Origin: an uncultured Actinomycetes bacterium
GTDB lineage: Bacteria; Actinomycetota; Thermoleophilia; Gaiellales; Gaiellaceae
Reading direction: 5' to 3'
DNA length: 64,000 nt
NCBI GenBank assembly: GCA_963791895.1
Contig: CAWBTY010000013.1
Location: forward strand, 61,274-125,273
The notes under the pieces are model-generated. The model made no database searches. It was not told the DNA's origin and saw only the letters and a list, made by a program, of their open reading frames with translations. A program made the translations under genes and the position numbers. Position 1 is the first letter of the stretch, and each line of letters opens with the position of its first letter. Positions 48,589 through 58,790 of the stretch are shown in pieces.

Positions 48589-48650
48589 TCATTGAGGACG
48601 CAATGAACATACAGGAAAATAGCTGATGAGTCAAGTATTGACCGATCAAT
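48589..48650. promoter_or_regulatory. cluster of putative MarR operators (TTG-N6-CAA)
   Basis: TCATTG-AGGACG-CAATGA, CTG-ATGAGT-CAA, ATTG-ACCGAT-CAAT. Confidence 0.6.
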
Positions 48651-49102
48651 CGAATGCGGTGCGTGCGTTTGCCGCTCTGCTCCGCGCGCACGCCGCGGCA
48701 ACCCGCCGCCTGAGCGCCCAGCTGCTCGCGGATCACGGGCTGACGATCAGCGACTACGAGGTCCTGCTGCGCCTTGCCCGGGCGCCGGACCGGCGCCTCC
48801 GGCGCGTCGATCTCGCGGAGGAAGTGCTCCTCACGGCGTCGGGCATCACCCGGCTGCTCGACGGCCTCGAGAAGACGGGATGCGTGGTCCGCGGCACGTG
48901 CGCCACCGACCGCCGCGTGGTCTACGCGGTCCTCACCGACGAAGGGCTGGCGAAGGTGCGAGCTGCCTCCACGAGCCACGTCGCGCAGATCGAGGAGCTC
49001 CTCGGCGAGCACTTCGACCAGACGGAGCTAGAGCGGGTCGGCGACCTCCTGTCGCGGCTCGGCGACGGCGGGGCGCCGGGCGACTGCCGCCCGGACGCCT
49101 GA
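48626..49102 (+). CDS. MarR family regulator
   Basis: YEVLLRL, LRRVDLA..LLTASGITRLLDGLE, DRRVVYAVLT. Confidence 0.9.
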   Translation: MSQVLTDQSNAVRAFAALLRAHAAATRRLSAQLLADHGLTISDYEVLLRLARAPDRRLRRVDLAEEVLLTASGITRLLDGLEKTGCVVRGTCATDRRVVYAVLTDEGLAKVRAASTSHVAQIEELLGEHFDQTELERVGDLLSRLGDGGAPGDCRPDA

Positions 49103-49111
49103 GCCAGGCGC

Positions 49112-49387
49112 TCAGCGCCGGACGCCGAACCCACGCGCACCGGTCGACGCCAGCTCGTCGATCTCCACCGCCTCGACGAGCGCATCGGGCGGCCCGTGTC
49201 GGAACCAGGCCGTGAGCAGCTCGACATCCTCAGGCTCGCCCTCGAGCTCCGCCTCGACCCCGCCGTCCGGCCGATTGCGCACCCAGCCGGCGACGCCGAG
49301 CTCCTCCGCGCGGCGCCGTGCGCTCTCGCGAAACCACACGCCCTGGACGCGCCCGCGTACGACGAGCCGACGGCGAACGAGCGTCAC
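49112..49387 (-). CDS. acyP: acylphosphatase
   Basis: [25 protein letters not shown]. Confidence 0.9.
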   Translation of the reverse strand: MTLVRRRLVVRGRVQGVWFRESARRRAEELGVAGWVRNRPDGGVEAELEGEPEDVELLTAWFRHGPPDALVEAVEIDELASTGARGFGVRR

Positions 49388-49519
49388 GGACCGAGTATGC
49401 GGGCGATCCCCCACATACGGCCGGATCCTGCGGGTAACGGGCCCCGTGGCGCTCCTTCGCCTCGATCGCGCTGCTACACTCCGCCGCCGGCGGTCACCCG
49501 ACCGTCGCCTTTCCGAGCG

Positions 49520-49957
49520 ATGACCACCTACACCGCCAAGCCGGGCGAGATCCAGCGCGAGTGGTACCTCGTCGACGCCGAGGGCAAGACCCTCGGTCGT
49601 CTGGCGACCCAGATCGCGGACGCGCTCCGCGGCAAGGGGAAGCCGGTGTACACGCCGCACGTCGACACGGGCGACTTCGTCATCGTCGTCAACGCGGAGA
49701 AGATCCACGTGACGGGCAAGAAGCTCGACGAGAAGATCGTCTACCGGCACTCCGGGTACCCGGGCGGCCTCAAGGAGCGCACGCTTCGCGAGCAGCTCGA
49801 CCGGCGACCGACCGAGGTGATCCGCAAGGCCGTGAAGGGCATGCTTCCCAAGAACAAGCTCGCCGCCGCCCAGCTCCGCAAGCTCAAGGTCTACGCGGGG
49901 CCGGAGCACCCGCACGCGGCGCAGGAGCCGAGAGTGCTGGAGCTCACGCATGGCTGA
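49520..49957 (+). CDS. rplM: 50S ribosomal protein L13
   Basis: [33 protein letters not shown]. Confidence 0.98.
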   Translation: MTTYTAKPGEIQREWYLVDAEGKTLGRLATQIADALRGKGKPVYTPHVDTGDFVIVVNAEKIHVTGKKLDEKIVYRHSGYPGGLKERTLREQLDRRPTEVIRKAVKGMLPKNKLAAAQLRKLKVYAGPEHPHAAQEPRVLELTHG

Positions 49958-50345
49958 GCTCGCGACGTACCGCGGCACCGGGAAGCGCAAGACCTCGGTC
50001 GCGCGCGTCATCCTCCGTCCCGGCGACGGCGGCACGTGGATCAACGGCCGCTCGCTCGAGGACTACTTCCCGCGCGCGACGCATCGGACGCTCGCGCTCT
50101 CGCCGCTCAAGATCGCAGACGCCGAGGGCCGGTACGACCTGCGCGTGCGCGTCCACGGCGGCGGCGTGAGCGGTCAGGCAGGTGCGGTGCGTCACGGCAT
50201 CGCGCGCGCGCTCGTCGAGGCCGACCCGGAGCTCCGCGTGCCGCTCAAGCGGCAGGGGTTCCTCACCCGTGACGCACGACAGGTCGAGCGCAAGAAGGCC
50301 GGCCTGCACAAGGCGCGCAAGGCGCCGCAGTTCAGCAAGCGCTAG
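49950..50345 (+). CDS. rpsI: 30S ribosomal protein S9
   Basis: [33 protein letters not shown]. Confidence 0.98.
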   Translation: MAELATYRGTGKRKTSVARVILRPGDGGTWINGRSLEDYFPRATHRTLALSPLKIADAEGRYDLRVRVHGGGVSGQAGAVRHGIARALVEADPELRVPLKRQGFLTRDARQVERKKAGLHKARKAPQFSKR

Positions 50346-50413
50346 CCGTCTACGGTCGAGCTCCTCCGGGAGCAGGGCTCGCGCTGCTCGCCGTCATGGA
50401 CCAGAATTCGGAC

Positions 50414-51715
50414 ATGGGAGGTGTGGTGGCCGAGGGTCGGGCTGTGGTGCGCCGCTACTTCGGCACGGACGGGGTGCGGGGCGTCGTCGGCGAGATGGTG
50501 ACGGACGACCTCGTCGAGCGGCTCGGACGCGCCGCGACGCTCTGGGCCGGGCGCAGGAGCCGCGTGCTCGTCGGGCGCGACACCCGCGACACGGGTCCTG
50601 CGCTCGAGGCCGCCCTGGCGCGCGGGATCGTCGAGGCGGGTGGCACGGCCGTCCTCGCGGGCGTGCTGCCGACGCCCGCGGTTGCCCTGCTCTCACAGGA
50701 TCTCGGGCTCGTCGTTTCCGCCTCGCACAACCCGCCGGAGTACAACGGCGTCAAGGTCTTCGACCGCGAGGGCCACAAGCTCTCGGACGCCCACGAGCTC
50801 GAGATCGAGGCGCTCATGGACACGCGTGGGCCGGGCGAGGGCTCGGTCGAGGAGGCTGACGACGCAGTCGGGGGGTACGTGGAGCACATCGTCGAGCACT
50901 TCGGCTCCGACCTCGGGGGCCTGAGGATCGCGGTCGACTGCGCGAACGGCGCCTTCTCGGCGATCGCGCCCGACGTCTTCGAGCGCCTCGGCGCACGGGT
51001 GACGGCCCTCGCGAACGCTCCCGACGGGACGAACATCAACGCCGGCTGCGGCGCGACGGATCTCGGCCTGCTGCAGGCGACGGTTCGCTCGGGCGACTAC
51101 GACCTCGGCATCGCCTTCGACGGGGACGGCGACCGGATGCTCGCGGTCGACGAGCGCGGCGAGGCGGTCGACGGCGACCAGATCCTCGCGATCTGTGCGC
51201 TCTCGCTCGGCGTTCGCCTCGTCGCTGTGACGACGATGACGAACCTCGGGTTCCATCGCCTGATGGACGAGCACGGGATCCGCGTCGTCACGACCGACGT
51301 CGGCGACCGCTACGTCCTCGAGGCGCTTCGGAGCGAGGGCGGCACCCTCGGCGGCGAGCAGTCGGGCCACGTGCTCTTGCTCGACGGCCACGTGAGCGGG
51401 GACGGTCTCGCGGCGGCGCTCACGCTCTGCCGCTCGCTCGCAGGCCGCTCGCTCTCGGACGCGGCGGCGGTGATGCCGCGGTACGCCCAGGCGAAGCGGA
51501 ACGTGCCCGTCGCCCGCCCCGAGGTACCGGCGGCGGTCGTGGCCGAGGTCGAGCGCCTGAACGTGGAGCTGGAGGGCCGCGGGCGCGTCCTCGTGCGTCC
51601 GTCCGGCACCGAGCCGCTCGTGCGGGTGCTTGCCGAGGCGGAGCGCCCGGAGGAGGCGGAGGAGCTCTGTGCTAGCATCGCCCGTCTCGTCCGGCAGGGG
51701 GCCGGGTCCGGGTAA
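50414..51715 (+). CDS. glmM: phosphoglucosamine mutase (start uncertain, 50414-50447)
   Basis: YFGTDGVRG, SASHNP, DGDGDR, GGEQSGH, RPSGTEP. Confidence 0.95.
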   Translation: MGGVVAEGRAVVRRYFGTDGVRGVVGEMVTDDLVERLGRAATLWAGRRSRVLVGRDTRDTGPALEAALARGIVEAGGTAVLAGVLPTPAVALLSQDLGLVVSASHNPPEYNGVKVFDREGHKLSDAHELEIEALMDTRGPGEGSVEEADDAVGGYVEHIVEHFGSDLGGLRIAVDCANGAFSAIAPDVFERLGARVTALANAPDGTNINAGCGATDLGLLQATVRSGDYDLGIAFDGDGDRMLAVDERGEAVDGDQILAICALSLGVRLVAVTTMTNLGFHRLMDEHGIRVVTTDVGDRYVLEALRSEGGTLGGEQSGHVLLLDGHVSGDGLAAALTLCRSLAGRSLSDAAAVMPRYAQAKRNVPVARPEVPAAVVAEVERLNVELEGRGRVLVRPSGTEPLVRVLAEAERPEEAEELCASIARLVRQGAGSG

Positions 51716-51774
51716 AAGCCCTGCATACCGGGCGTCCGATGGGGCGTGGCGCCCGGTCGACGAAGGAGACCAGG

Positions 51775-53607
51775 ATGTGCGGGATCATCGGTTACGTGGG
51801 GCCCCGCGAATGCAAGGCGCTCCTCCTCCACGGCCTCGAGCGACTCGAGTACAGAGGCTACGACTCGGCCGGCATCGCGCTCCTGGAGGAGGACGGCCTG
51901 ACGTACACCCGGGCCGTGGGGAACCTCGCGAACCTCCGCAAGCACGCGGGGACCGAGACATCGCCTGCGACGACCGGCCTCGGCCACACGCGCTGGGCGA
52001 CGCACGGCGGCGTCACCGAGGCGAACGCCCACCCGCTCGCCGCCGAGCAGAGCGAGAAGCTCGCGATCGTCCTCAACGGGATCGTCGAGAACTACCGCGA
52101 GCTCCGCGCCCGCCTCGTCGAGCAGGGCCATGTGTTCTCGTCCGAGACGGACGCCGAGACCGTCACGCATCTGATCGAGGAGCACTACGAGGGCGACCTC
52201 GTCGAAGCGGTGCGTCGCACCTACGGCGAGCTCGAGGGTCACTACGCGTTCGTCGCGATCCATCGCGACCACCCGGGGGTGCTCGTCGGGGCGAGGCTCC
52301 AGTGCCCGATGGTCATCGGCGTCGCTCCGGGCGAGACGTTCGTCGCCTCGAACGCCGCCGCGTTCCTTCGCGAGACGCGGCAGGTGCAGTTCCCCGACGA
52401 CGGCGAGGTCGTCGTCGTGCGGCCCGAGGGGCCGACGTACATCCGTGCCGCCGACGGCAGCACGTCCGACCACGAGCTCGTGGAGCTCGACTGGGACGAC
52501 GAGGGCGCCGAGAAGGCCGGCTACGAGACGTTCATGCTCAAGGAGATCTACGAGCAGCCCGACGCGGTCGCGGCGACGATCGGGGATCGCCTCCGCAAGG
52601 GCCGGCTCGTGTTCGACGAGCTGGGGCTGGACGACGAGGAGCTGCGCGAGCTCAACCGCATCGTGATCCTCTCGGCGGGCACGAGCTACCACGCCGCCGT
52701 CGCGGGCCGGTATGCGATCGAGGAATGGGGGCGCGTGCCCGTGGAGCACGACATCGCCTCCGAGTGGATCTACCGCAACCCGGTGCTCGACGAGGACACC
52801 CTCGTGATCGGCATCTCCCAGTCGGGCGAGACACGCGACACGATCGAGGCGATGAAGCTCGCGCGCGCGATGGGCGCCCGCACCGTCGCGGTCACGAACA
52901 TGATGGGGTCGCAGATCACGCGCGAGGTCGACTCGGTGCTCTTCACACGGGCGGGTCTCGAGGTGAGCGTGGCGGCGTCGAAGACGTTCACGGCCCAGCT
53001 CAGCCTGCTCTTCCTCGTCGGGCTCAAGCTCGCGCAGGTCCGTCAGACGATGCCGCCGGGCGAGCTCGAGTACATCGTCAACGCCGTCTACTCCCTGCCC
53101 GCGAAGCTCGAGGAGTTCCTCCAGGGGGACCACCCGATCGACGAGATCGCGCGGCGGTTCCACGATCGGCCGTTCTTCCTCTACCTCGGTCGCAACATCG
53201 GCCTCCCGGTCGCGCTCGAGGGCGCCCTGAAGCTGAAGGAGATCTCGTACATCCCGACGGAGGCGTACTCCGCGGGCGAGATGAAGCACGGGCCGATCGC
53301 GCTCCTCGACGAGACCACACCCGTGGTCGTCGTGGCGACGCGGATGGAGGGCGTGTACGAGAAGCTCGTCTCGAACATCCAGGAGGTCCGCGCTCGCGGC
53401 GCTCACGTGATCGCGATCGCCTCCGACGGGCACGAGGACATCCAGCACCACGCGGACGACGTGATCTACGTGCCGAAGGCGCCCGCCTTCCTCTCTGCGG
53501 TGCTCGCGGTCGTCCCGCTCCAGCTCCTCGCCTACCGCATCGCGCGCCTGCGCGGCCTCAACGTCGACCAGCCGCGAAACCTCGCGAAGACCGTCACGGT
53601 CGAGTAA
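51775..53607 (+). CDS. glmS: glutamine-fructose-6-phosphate transaminase
   Basis: MCGIIG, LEYRGYDSAG, GHTRWATHG, SQSGET, PRNLAKTVTVE. Confidence 0.97.
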   Translation: MCGIIGYVGPRECKALLLHGLERLEYRGYDSAGIALLEEDGLTYTRAVGNLANLRKHAGTETSPATTGLGHTRWATHGGVTEANAHPLAAEQSEKLAIVLNGIVENYRELRARLVEQGHVFSSETDAETVTHLIEEHYEGDLVEAVRRTYGELEGHYAFVAIHRDHPGVLVGARLQCPMVIGVAPGETFVASNAAAFLRETRQVQFPDDGEVVVVRPEGPTYIRAADGSTSDHELVELDWDDEGAEKAGYETFMLKEIYEQPDAVAATIGDRLRKGRLVFDELGLDDEELRELNRIVILSAGTSYHAAVAGRYAIEEWGRVPVEHDIASEWIYRNPVLDEDTLVIGISQSGETRDTIEAMKLARAMGARTVAVTNMMGSQITREVDSVLFTRAGLEVSVAASKTFTAQLSLLFLVGLKLAQVRQTMPPGELEYIVNAVYSLPAKLEEFLQGDHPIDEIARRFHDRPFFLYLGRNIGLPVALEGALKLKEISYIPTEAYSAGEMKHGPIALLDETTPVVVVATRMEGVYEKLVSNIQEVRARGAHVIAIASDGHEDIQHHADDVIYVPKAPAFLSAVLAVVPLQLLAYRIARLRGLNVDQPRNLAKTVTVE

Positions 53608-53621
53608 CCACCCTGGACGGC

Positions 53622-55103
53622 GTGCGCGACGGAGGCCCGGAGGCGATCGGCCAACGTCTCTTCGCCCTCGGTCTCGCGGCCGCATCTGCCGTCGGGCTGG
53701 TGCTGGGCGGGACGACGCTGGCGCGCGAGCCGCTCGGCAACGACGAGATCGCGAGCCTTGCGCTCGTCAGCCGCTCGTTTGGCTCGTTCCTGTCCGACTT
53801 CACGGCCTCGCAGAGCGCCGGGCTCCTGTTCCACGTCGTCCTTTGGCCGTTCGCGCAGCTCGGCGGCCCGTCAAGCTGGGCGTTGCGCCTGCCGTCGCTC
53901 CTCGCCTTCGCGGTCGCGATCGTCGTGTGCGGCCTCGTCGGCGCGCGGCTCGCCGGACGGAGCGTGGGTCTCTCGGCGGCGCTCTTCCTGGCCGTCTGCC
54001 CGTTCGCCGTGTTCCACGCCCAGGACGCGCGCATGTACACGTTCGCGCTCTGCTTCTCGCTCGTCGCGCTCTGGTGCCTGCTCCGCGCGCTCGAGCGTCC
54101 GGGCGTGGGTCGCTGGGCGGCGTACGCCGGCGCGGTCGCGGCTGTCGGCTACTCACACGAGTTCGCTCTCCTGGGGCTCGTGGCTCACGTGCCGTTCGTG
54201 CTCGCCGACCCGAGAAGACGCGCGCGGCGTGACTTCCTGGTGGCGCTCTGCGGCGCCGCGGCCCTGCTCGTGCCCCTCGCGATCGTCGCCGCGGCGAACG
54301 CGGGCTCGGATCCGCTCTACTACGTCACAAGACCCGGCCTCCAGGCGGTCTCCGATGTGATCTTGCTGTTCGCGGGCAGCCGTCCCGGAGTCGCCGTCTG
54401 TCTCGTCGTCATCGCGGTCGGCGTGATCGCGTCTCGGCTCCCCCGCCTGCGAAGCACCCTCGAGATCCGGCCCGGCACGGTCTGGGCCCTCGCGCTCTGG
54501 TTGCTCGTCCCGTTCGCCGCGCTGTTCCTCGTCTCCCAGGCGAGGGCCGTCCTGCTTCCGCGCTACCTGATCCCGAGCGCCGCAGCCGCCTGCCTCGCGC
54601 TTGCGATCGCTCTCTGGCTCCTGCGGCAGCCATTCGCCGTGGCCGGCTGCGCGCTCGTCGGCGCCGCGCTCCTGTACGGCTCGGTTCAGGGCGTCAGAAC
54701 GCTCGACCGCCCCGACTGGCCCGGAGTCGCGCGGTTGCTCGCGGCGCGCACGGACGGAAGGCCGATCGTCTTCGTCGGCGGCCAGCGCAACGCGGCCGCA
54801 TTTCTCTACTACGCACCCGAGTTCGGGGTCGAGCGCGACGCGCTGCCGTGGACACAGGCCGAGCTCGATCGCCTGCCCGAATCGCTCGCGATCATCGACC
54901 GCGACAACGACGTCGACGACCTCCGCGCACTACTGGAGGAAGGCCCGACCTGGGTGGTCGAGCAGGGTGCGCTTCCGGCGGAGGCGCAGGAGGAGTTCGA
55001 TCGGTTCCTCGGGGCCTGCGACACGGCCGAGCGCGAGGAGTTCCGGAGCATCGCCGTCGGGCTCGTCTCCAACTGCCCGGGCGTCGAGACCGCCTCGGAG
55101 TGA
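53622..55103 (+). CDS. GT-C (GT39/PMT-like) membrane glycosyltransferase
   Basis: DE after TM1, ALRLPS, QDARMY, PRYL, PDW. Confidence 0.75.
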   Translation: MRDGGPEAIGQRLFALGLAAASAVGLVLGGTTLAREPLGNDEIASLALVSRSFGSFLSDFTASQSAGLLFHVVLWPFAQLGGPSSWALRLPSLLAFAVAIVVCGLVGARLAGRSVGLSAALFLAVCPFAVFHAQDARMYTFALCFSLVALWCLLRALERPGVGRWAAYAGAVAAVGYSHEFALLGLVAHVPFVLADPRRRARRDFLVALCGAAALLVPLAIVAAANAGSDPLYYVTRPGLQAVSDVILLFAGSRPGVAVCLVVIAVGVIASRLPRLRSTLEIRPGTVWALALWLLVPFAALFLVSQARAVLLPRYLIPSAAAACLALAIALWLLRQPFAVAGCALVGAALLYGSVQGVRTLDRPDWPGVARLLAARTDGRPIVFVGGQRNAAAFLYYAPEFGVERDALPWTQAELDRLPESLAIIDRDNDVDDLRALLEEGPTWVVEQGALPAEAQEEFDRFLGACDTAEREEFRSIAVGLVSNCPGVETASE

Positions 55104-55220
55104 CAACTCGCGCTACGAGATCGATACAGGGTGGTGACATGACGAGCCCCACCGTCGTCGGGCACGCGACTAGCATGCCGTCCGACCGTTTGGCCGTCAG
55201 CGAAATCAGGGGAGAGATCG

Positions 55221-57876
55221 ATGCGACGACGCCTCGTCGGGTCCGTGACCACGCTCGTCTGCGCGCTCGTGGGCGCGCCCGGAGCCTTTGCCGCCTCCAG
55301 CGACCTGTTCTTCTCGGAGTACGTCGAGGGCTCGTCGAACAACAAGGCGCTCGAGATCTTCAACGACACCGGTGCGCCGATCGACCTCGCGGCGCAGGGC
55401 TACAACGTCCAGATGTCCTTCAACGGTGGGACGAGCGTCACAACCATCAACCTGGTGGGAACGGTGGCTGCAGGCGACGCCTTCGTCCTGGCCCCGACGA
55501 ACGCAGGGCCGGTGATCCTCGCGGCTGCGGATCAGACGTCCGGGACGTCGTGGTTCAACGGCGACGACGCGGTGGTGCTTCGCAAGGGCACGGCGGTGCT
55601 CGACGTGATCGGTCAGGTCGGCTCCGACCCCGGCACTGAGTGGGGAACGGGGCTCGCGAGCACCGCGGACAACACGCTGCGCCGCAAGCCGACGGTCACC
55701 GACGGCGACCCGATCGGTTCGGACGCCTTCGACCCGGCCATTCAGTGGGACGGCTTCGCTCAGGACACGTTCGACGGGCTCGGCTCGCACACGGGCGCGC
55801 CGCCGGCGGAGGCCGCGCCGTCCGTCGCGAGCACGACGCCCACGGGCGGTGCGACCGACGTCGCGACGACCGCGAACGTCGGCATCACCTTCAGCGAGCC
55901 GGTGACCGTGACCAGCGCGACCTTCACGATCTCGTGCACCACGAGCGGTGCGCATCCGTTCGCCCTCGCCGGAGGGGCGACGAGCTACACGCTCGACCCC
56001 GACGCCGATTTCGCGGTCGGTGAGACGTGCACGGTGAGGGTCGACGACCAGGGCGTGACGGACGTCGACACGGTCGATCCGCCCGACACGATGGCTGCCG
56101 ACCACGTCTTCTCGTTCACCACCGTTCCCCTCTCGGCGCGGATCTACCAGGTCCAGGGCGCCTCCCACATCTCGCCGCTCAGCGGACGGATCGTCTCGTT
56201 GCCGGGTGTCGTCACCGCCGTGCGGCCGAACAGCTTCACGCTGCAGGACGCGACCGGGGACGGATCGAACGTCACCTCGGACGCGATCCTCGTCTTCGGG
56301 ACCGGGGTCGGCGGCGCCGTCTCCGTCGGGCAGGCCGTCACCGTCAGCGGGCGCGTGAGCGAGTTCCGGCCGGGCGGCTCGGCGAGCGCCAACCTCACGA
56401 CGACCGAGATCGTCTCCCCGACCGTGACTCCCGGTGGGCCCGGCGCGGCGATCGCACAGACGATCGTCGGTCTCGGCGGCCGCACCCCGCCGACGAGCGT
56501 GATCGAGGACGACGCGTCCGGCGACGTCGAGACGAGCGGTGTCTTCGATCCGGCAACGGACGGGATCGACTTCTACGAGAGCCTCGAGGCGATGCTCCTG
56601 CGCGTGAACGACCCGGTCGTGGTCGGCCCGCGGAACGACTTCGGCGAGCTCTGGGTGCTCGCGGACAACGGCGCGGGCGCCGGCATCCGGACGATCCGAC
56701 AGGGCATCGTGATCGGCGCCGACCGACTTCAATCCCGAGCGGATCCAGCTCGAGGACGACATTCTCGTGGCCGCGGACCCGGACGCGATCCCGGACGCGA
56801 ACGTGAGCGACCGCTTCACGACGGCCGCGGTCGGCGTGCTCGACTACAACTTCGGGAACTTCGAGCTGCAGCTCACCTCGGCTCTCACCCGGGTCGACAG
56901 CGGCCTGGTACGCGAGGTCGCCCGGCCGCAGGGAGCGAACGAGTTGGCGATCGCGACGTTCAACGTCGAGAACCTCGACCCGGCCGATCCGCCGGCGAAG
57001 TTCGCGCGGCTCGCGGACCTGATCGTGGACAACCTCCGTGCGCCCGACGTCGTCGCGCTCGAGGAGGTGCAGGACAACGACGGGCCGGCGAACTCGGCGG
57101 TCACCGACGCGTCGCTGACCTTCCAGCAGCTGATCGCGGCGATCCAGGCCACCGGCGGGCCGACGTACCAGTTCCGGCAGATCGACCCCGTCGACGACCA
57201 GGACGGCGGTGAGCCGGGTGGCAACATCCGCGTCGGCTTCCTCTACCGCACCGACCGCGGGCTCGCGTTCGTCGACCGGCCCGGTGCCACGTCGCTGACG
57301 CCGAACGGCGTCACGGGGAAGAACAACAAGGTGCAACTCCTCTACAGCCCCGGCCGCATCGACCCGGCCAACGCGGCGTGGGCATCGAGCCGCAAGCCGC
57401 TCGCGGCGGAGTTCCGCTATCGCGGGCAGACCGTCTTCGTGATCGTGAACCACTTCAACTCGAAGGGCGGCGACCAGCCGCTCTACGGCCGCTTCCAGCC
57501 GCCCGCCCGGTCGTCGGAGTTGCAGCGACACCAGCAGGCGCAGGTCGTGAACGACTTCGTGGACGAGATCCTCGCCGCGTTCAAGAACGCGAGGATCGTG
57601 GTGCTCGGGGACATCAACGACTTCGAGTTCTCCGAGACGCTCGAGATCCTCACGGGCGGCGTGCTCACGAACCTGATGAGCACCTTGCCGAAGCCCGAGC
57701 GGTACTCCTACGTGTTCGAGGGGAACTCGCAGGTGCTCGACCAGGTGCTCGTGAGCCAGAAGCTCGACAAGCGCGAGACCTCGTACGACGTCGTGCACGT
57801 CAACGCGGAGTTCTTCGACCAGGCGAGCGACCACGACCCGCAGGTCGCGCGCTTCCTGTTCGACGACGAGGACTAA
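55221..57876 (+). CDS. secreted nuclease: lamin-tail + Ig-like + OB + EEP domains; 1-nt frameshift near 56724
   Basis: FFSEYVEGSSNNKALEI, ITFSEPV, IYQVQG, TFNVENL, NHFNSKGG, GDIND, SDHDP. Confidence 0.85.
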
Positions 57877-57913
57877 GCCTCGGGCTCCCGCCCGAGGGCG
57901 GGCGATCCGTCGC

Positions 57914-57954
57914 GCTGACAACGCTTGTGTTCCTTCAACACAAGCGTTGTCAGC
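57914..57954. repeat. perfect 18-bp stem hairpin upstream of fdhD
   Basis: GCTGACAACGCTTGTGTT-CCTTC-AACACAAGCGTTGTCAGC. Confidence 0.8.
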
Positions 57955-58010
57955 CAGCGCCGGGTGGGCGCGGCGCGTCGAGAACCACGCGGGGAAGTAC
58001 GCTCGGAGCC

Positions 58011-58790
58011 ATGGAGCACGTGCCCCACGCCACCACCCGGGCGAGCGTGACGCGGCTGCCCGGCGGCGCGATCGAGGCCGATCGGCTGGCGGCCGAGGAG
58101 CCGCTCGAGATCCGCGTGAACGGCAGGCCGCTCGCGGTGACGATGCGGACACCGGGTCACGACGAGGAGCTGGCGCTGGGGTTCTGCGTGACCGAGGGGC
58201 TCCGGCCCGAGGCTGCCCGCCCGGCCGACGATCTCGCCGCGAACGTCGTCGAGGTCGACGCGCCCGAGGCGGACCTCGAGCGCGTTCAGCGGTCGTTCTA
58301 CACCTCGTCGTCGTGCGGGGTCTGTGGGAAAGGCGCGCTCGAGGCGATTGCCGTCGAGGCGCCGCGGATCGAGAGCGAGCTCTCCGTCCCGTTCGCCGTC
58401 GTCACTGCGCTGCCCGACCGCTTGCGCGGCGCGCAGGCCGCGTTCGCGCTCACGGGTGGGCTCCACGCGACGGGTCTCTTCACCCCGGAAGGCGAGCTCG
58501 AGTGCCTCCGCGAGGACGTCGGCCGGCACAACGCGATGGACAAGGTGATCGGCTGGGCGTTCGCGGAGGGTCGACTGCCGCTCGCGGGCTCGCTCCTCTG
58601 TGTCAGCGGCCGCCTCTCGTTCGAGCTCGTGCAGAAGGCCGCCGTGGCCGGTTGCCCGGTGCTCGTCGCCGTCGGGGCGCCGTCCTCGCTCGCGGTCGAG
58701 CTCGCCGACGATCGCGGCCTCACGCTCTGCGGCTTCGTCCGCGACGGACGGGCCACCGTCTACACGCACCCCGAGCGAATCGACGCGTGA
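58011..58790 (+). CDS. fdhD: formate dehydrogenase accessory sulfurtransferase
   Basis: EEPLEIR, TMRTPG, SSCGVCGK, TGGLHA, EDVGRHNAMDK. Confidence 0.95.
   Translation: MEHVPHATTRASVTRLPGGAIEADRLAAEEPLEIRVNGRPLAVTMRTPGHDEELALGFCVTEGLRPEAARPADDLAANVVEVDAPEADLERVQRSFYTSSSCGVCGKGALEAIAVEAPRIESELSVPFAVVTALPDRLRGAQAAFALTGGLHATGLFTPEGELECLREDVGRHNAMDKVIGWAFAEGRLPLAGSLLCVSGRLSFELVQKAAVAGCPVLVAVGAPSSLAVELADDRGLTLCGFVRDGRATVYTHPERIDA

Noticed and set aside
51716-51774. glmS ribozyme upstream of glmS
   Set aside because: A hairpin (51727-51757) followed by GACGAAGG loosely resembles P1, but the 59-nt gap leaves no room for the catalytic core and AGCGCC is absent
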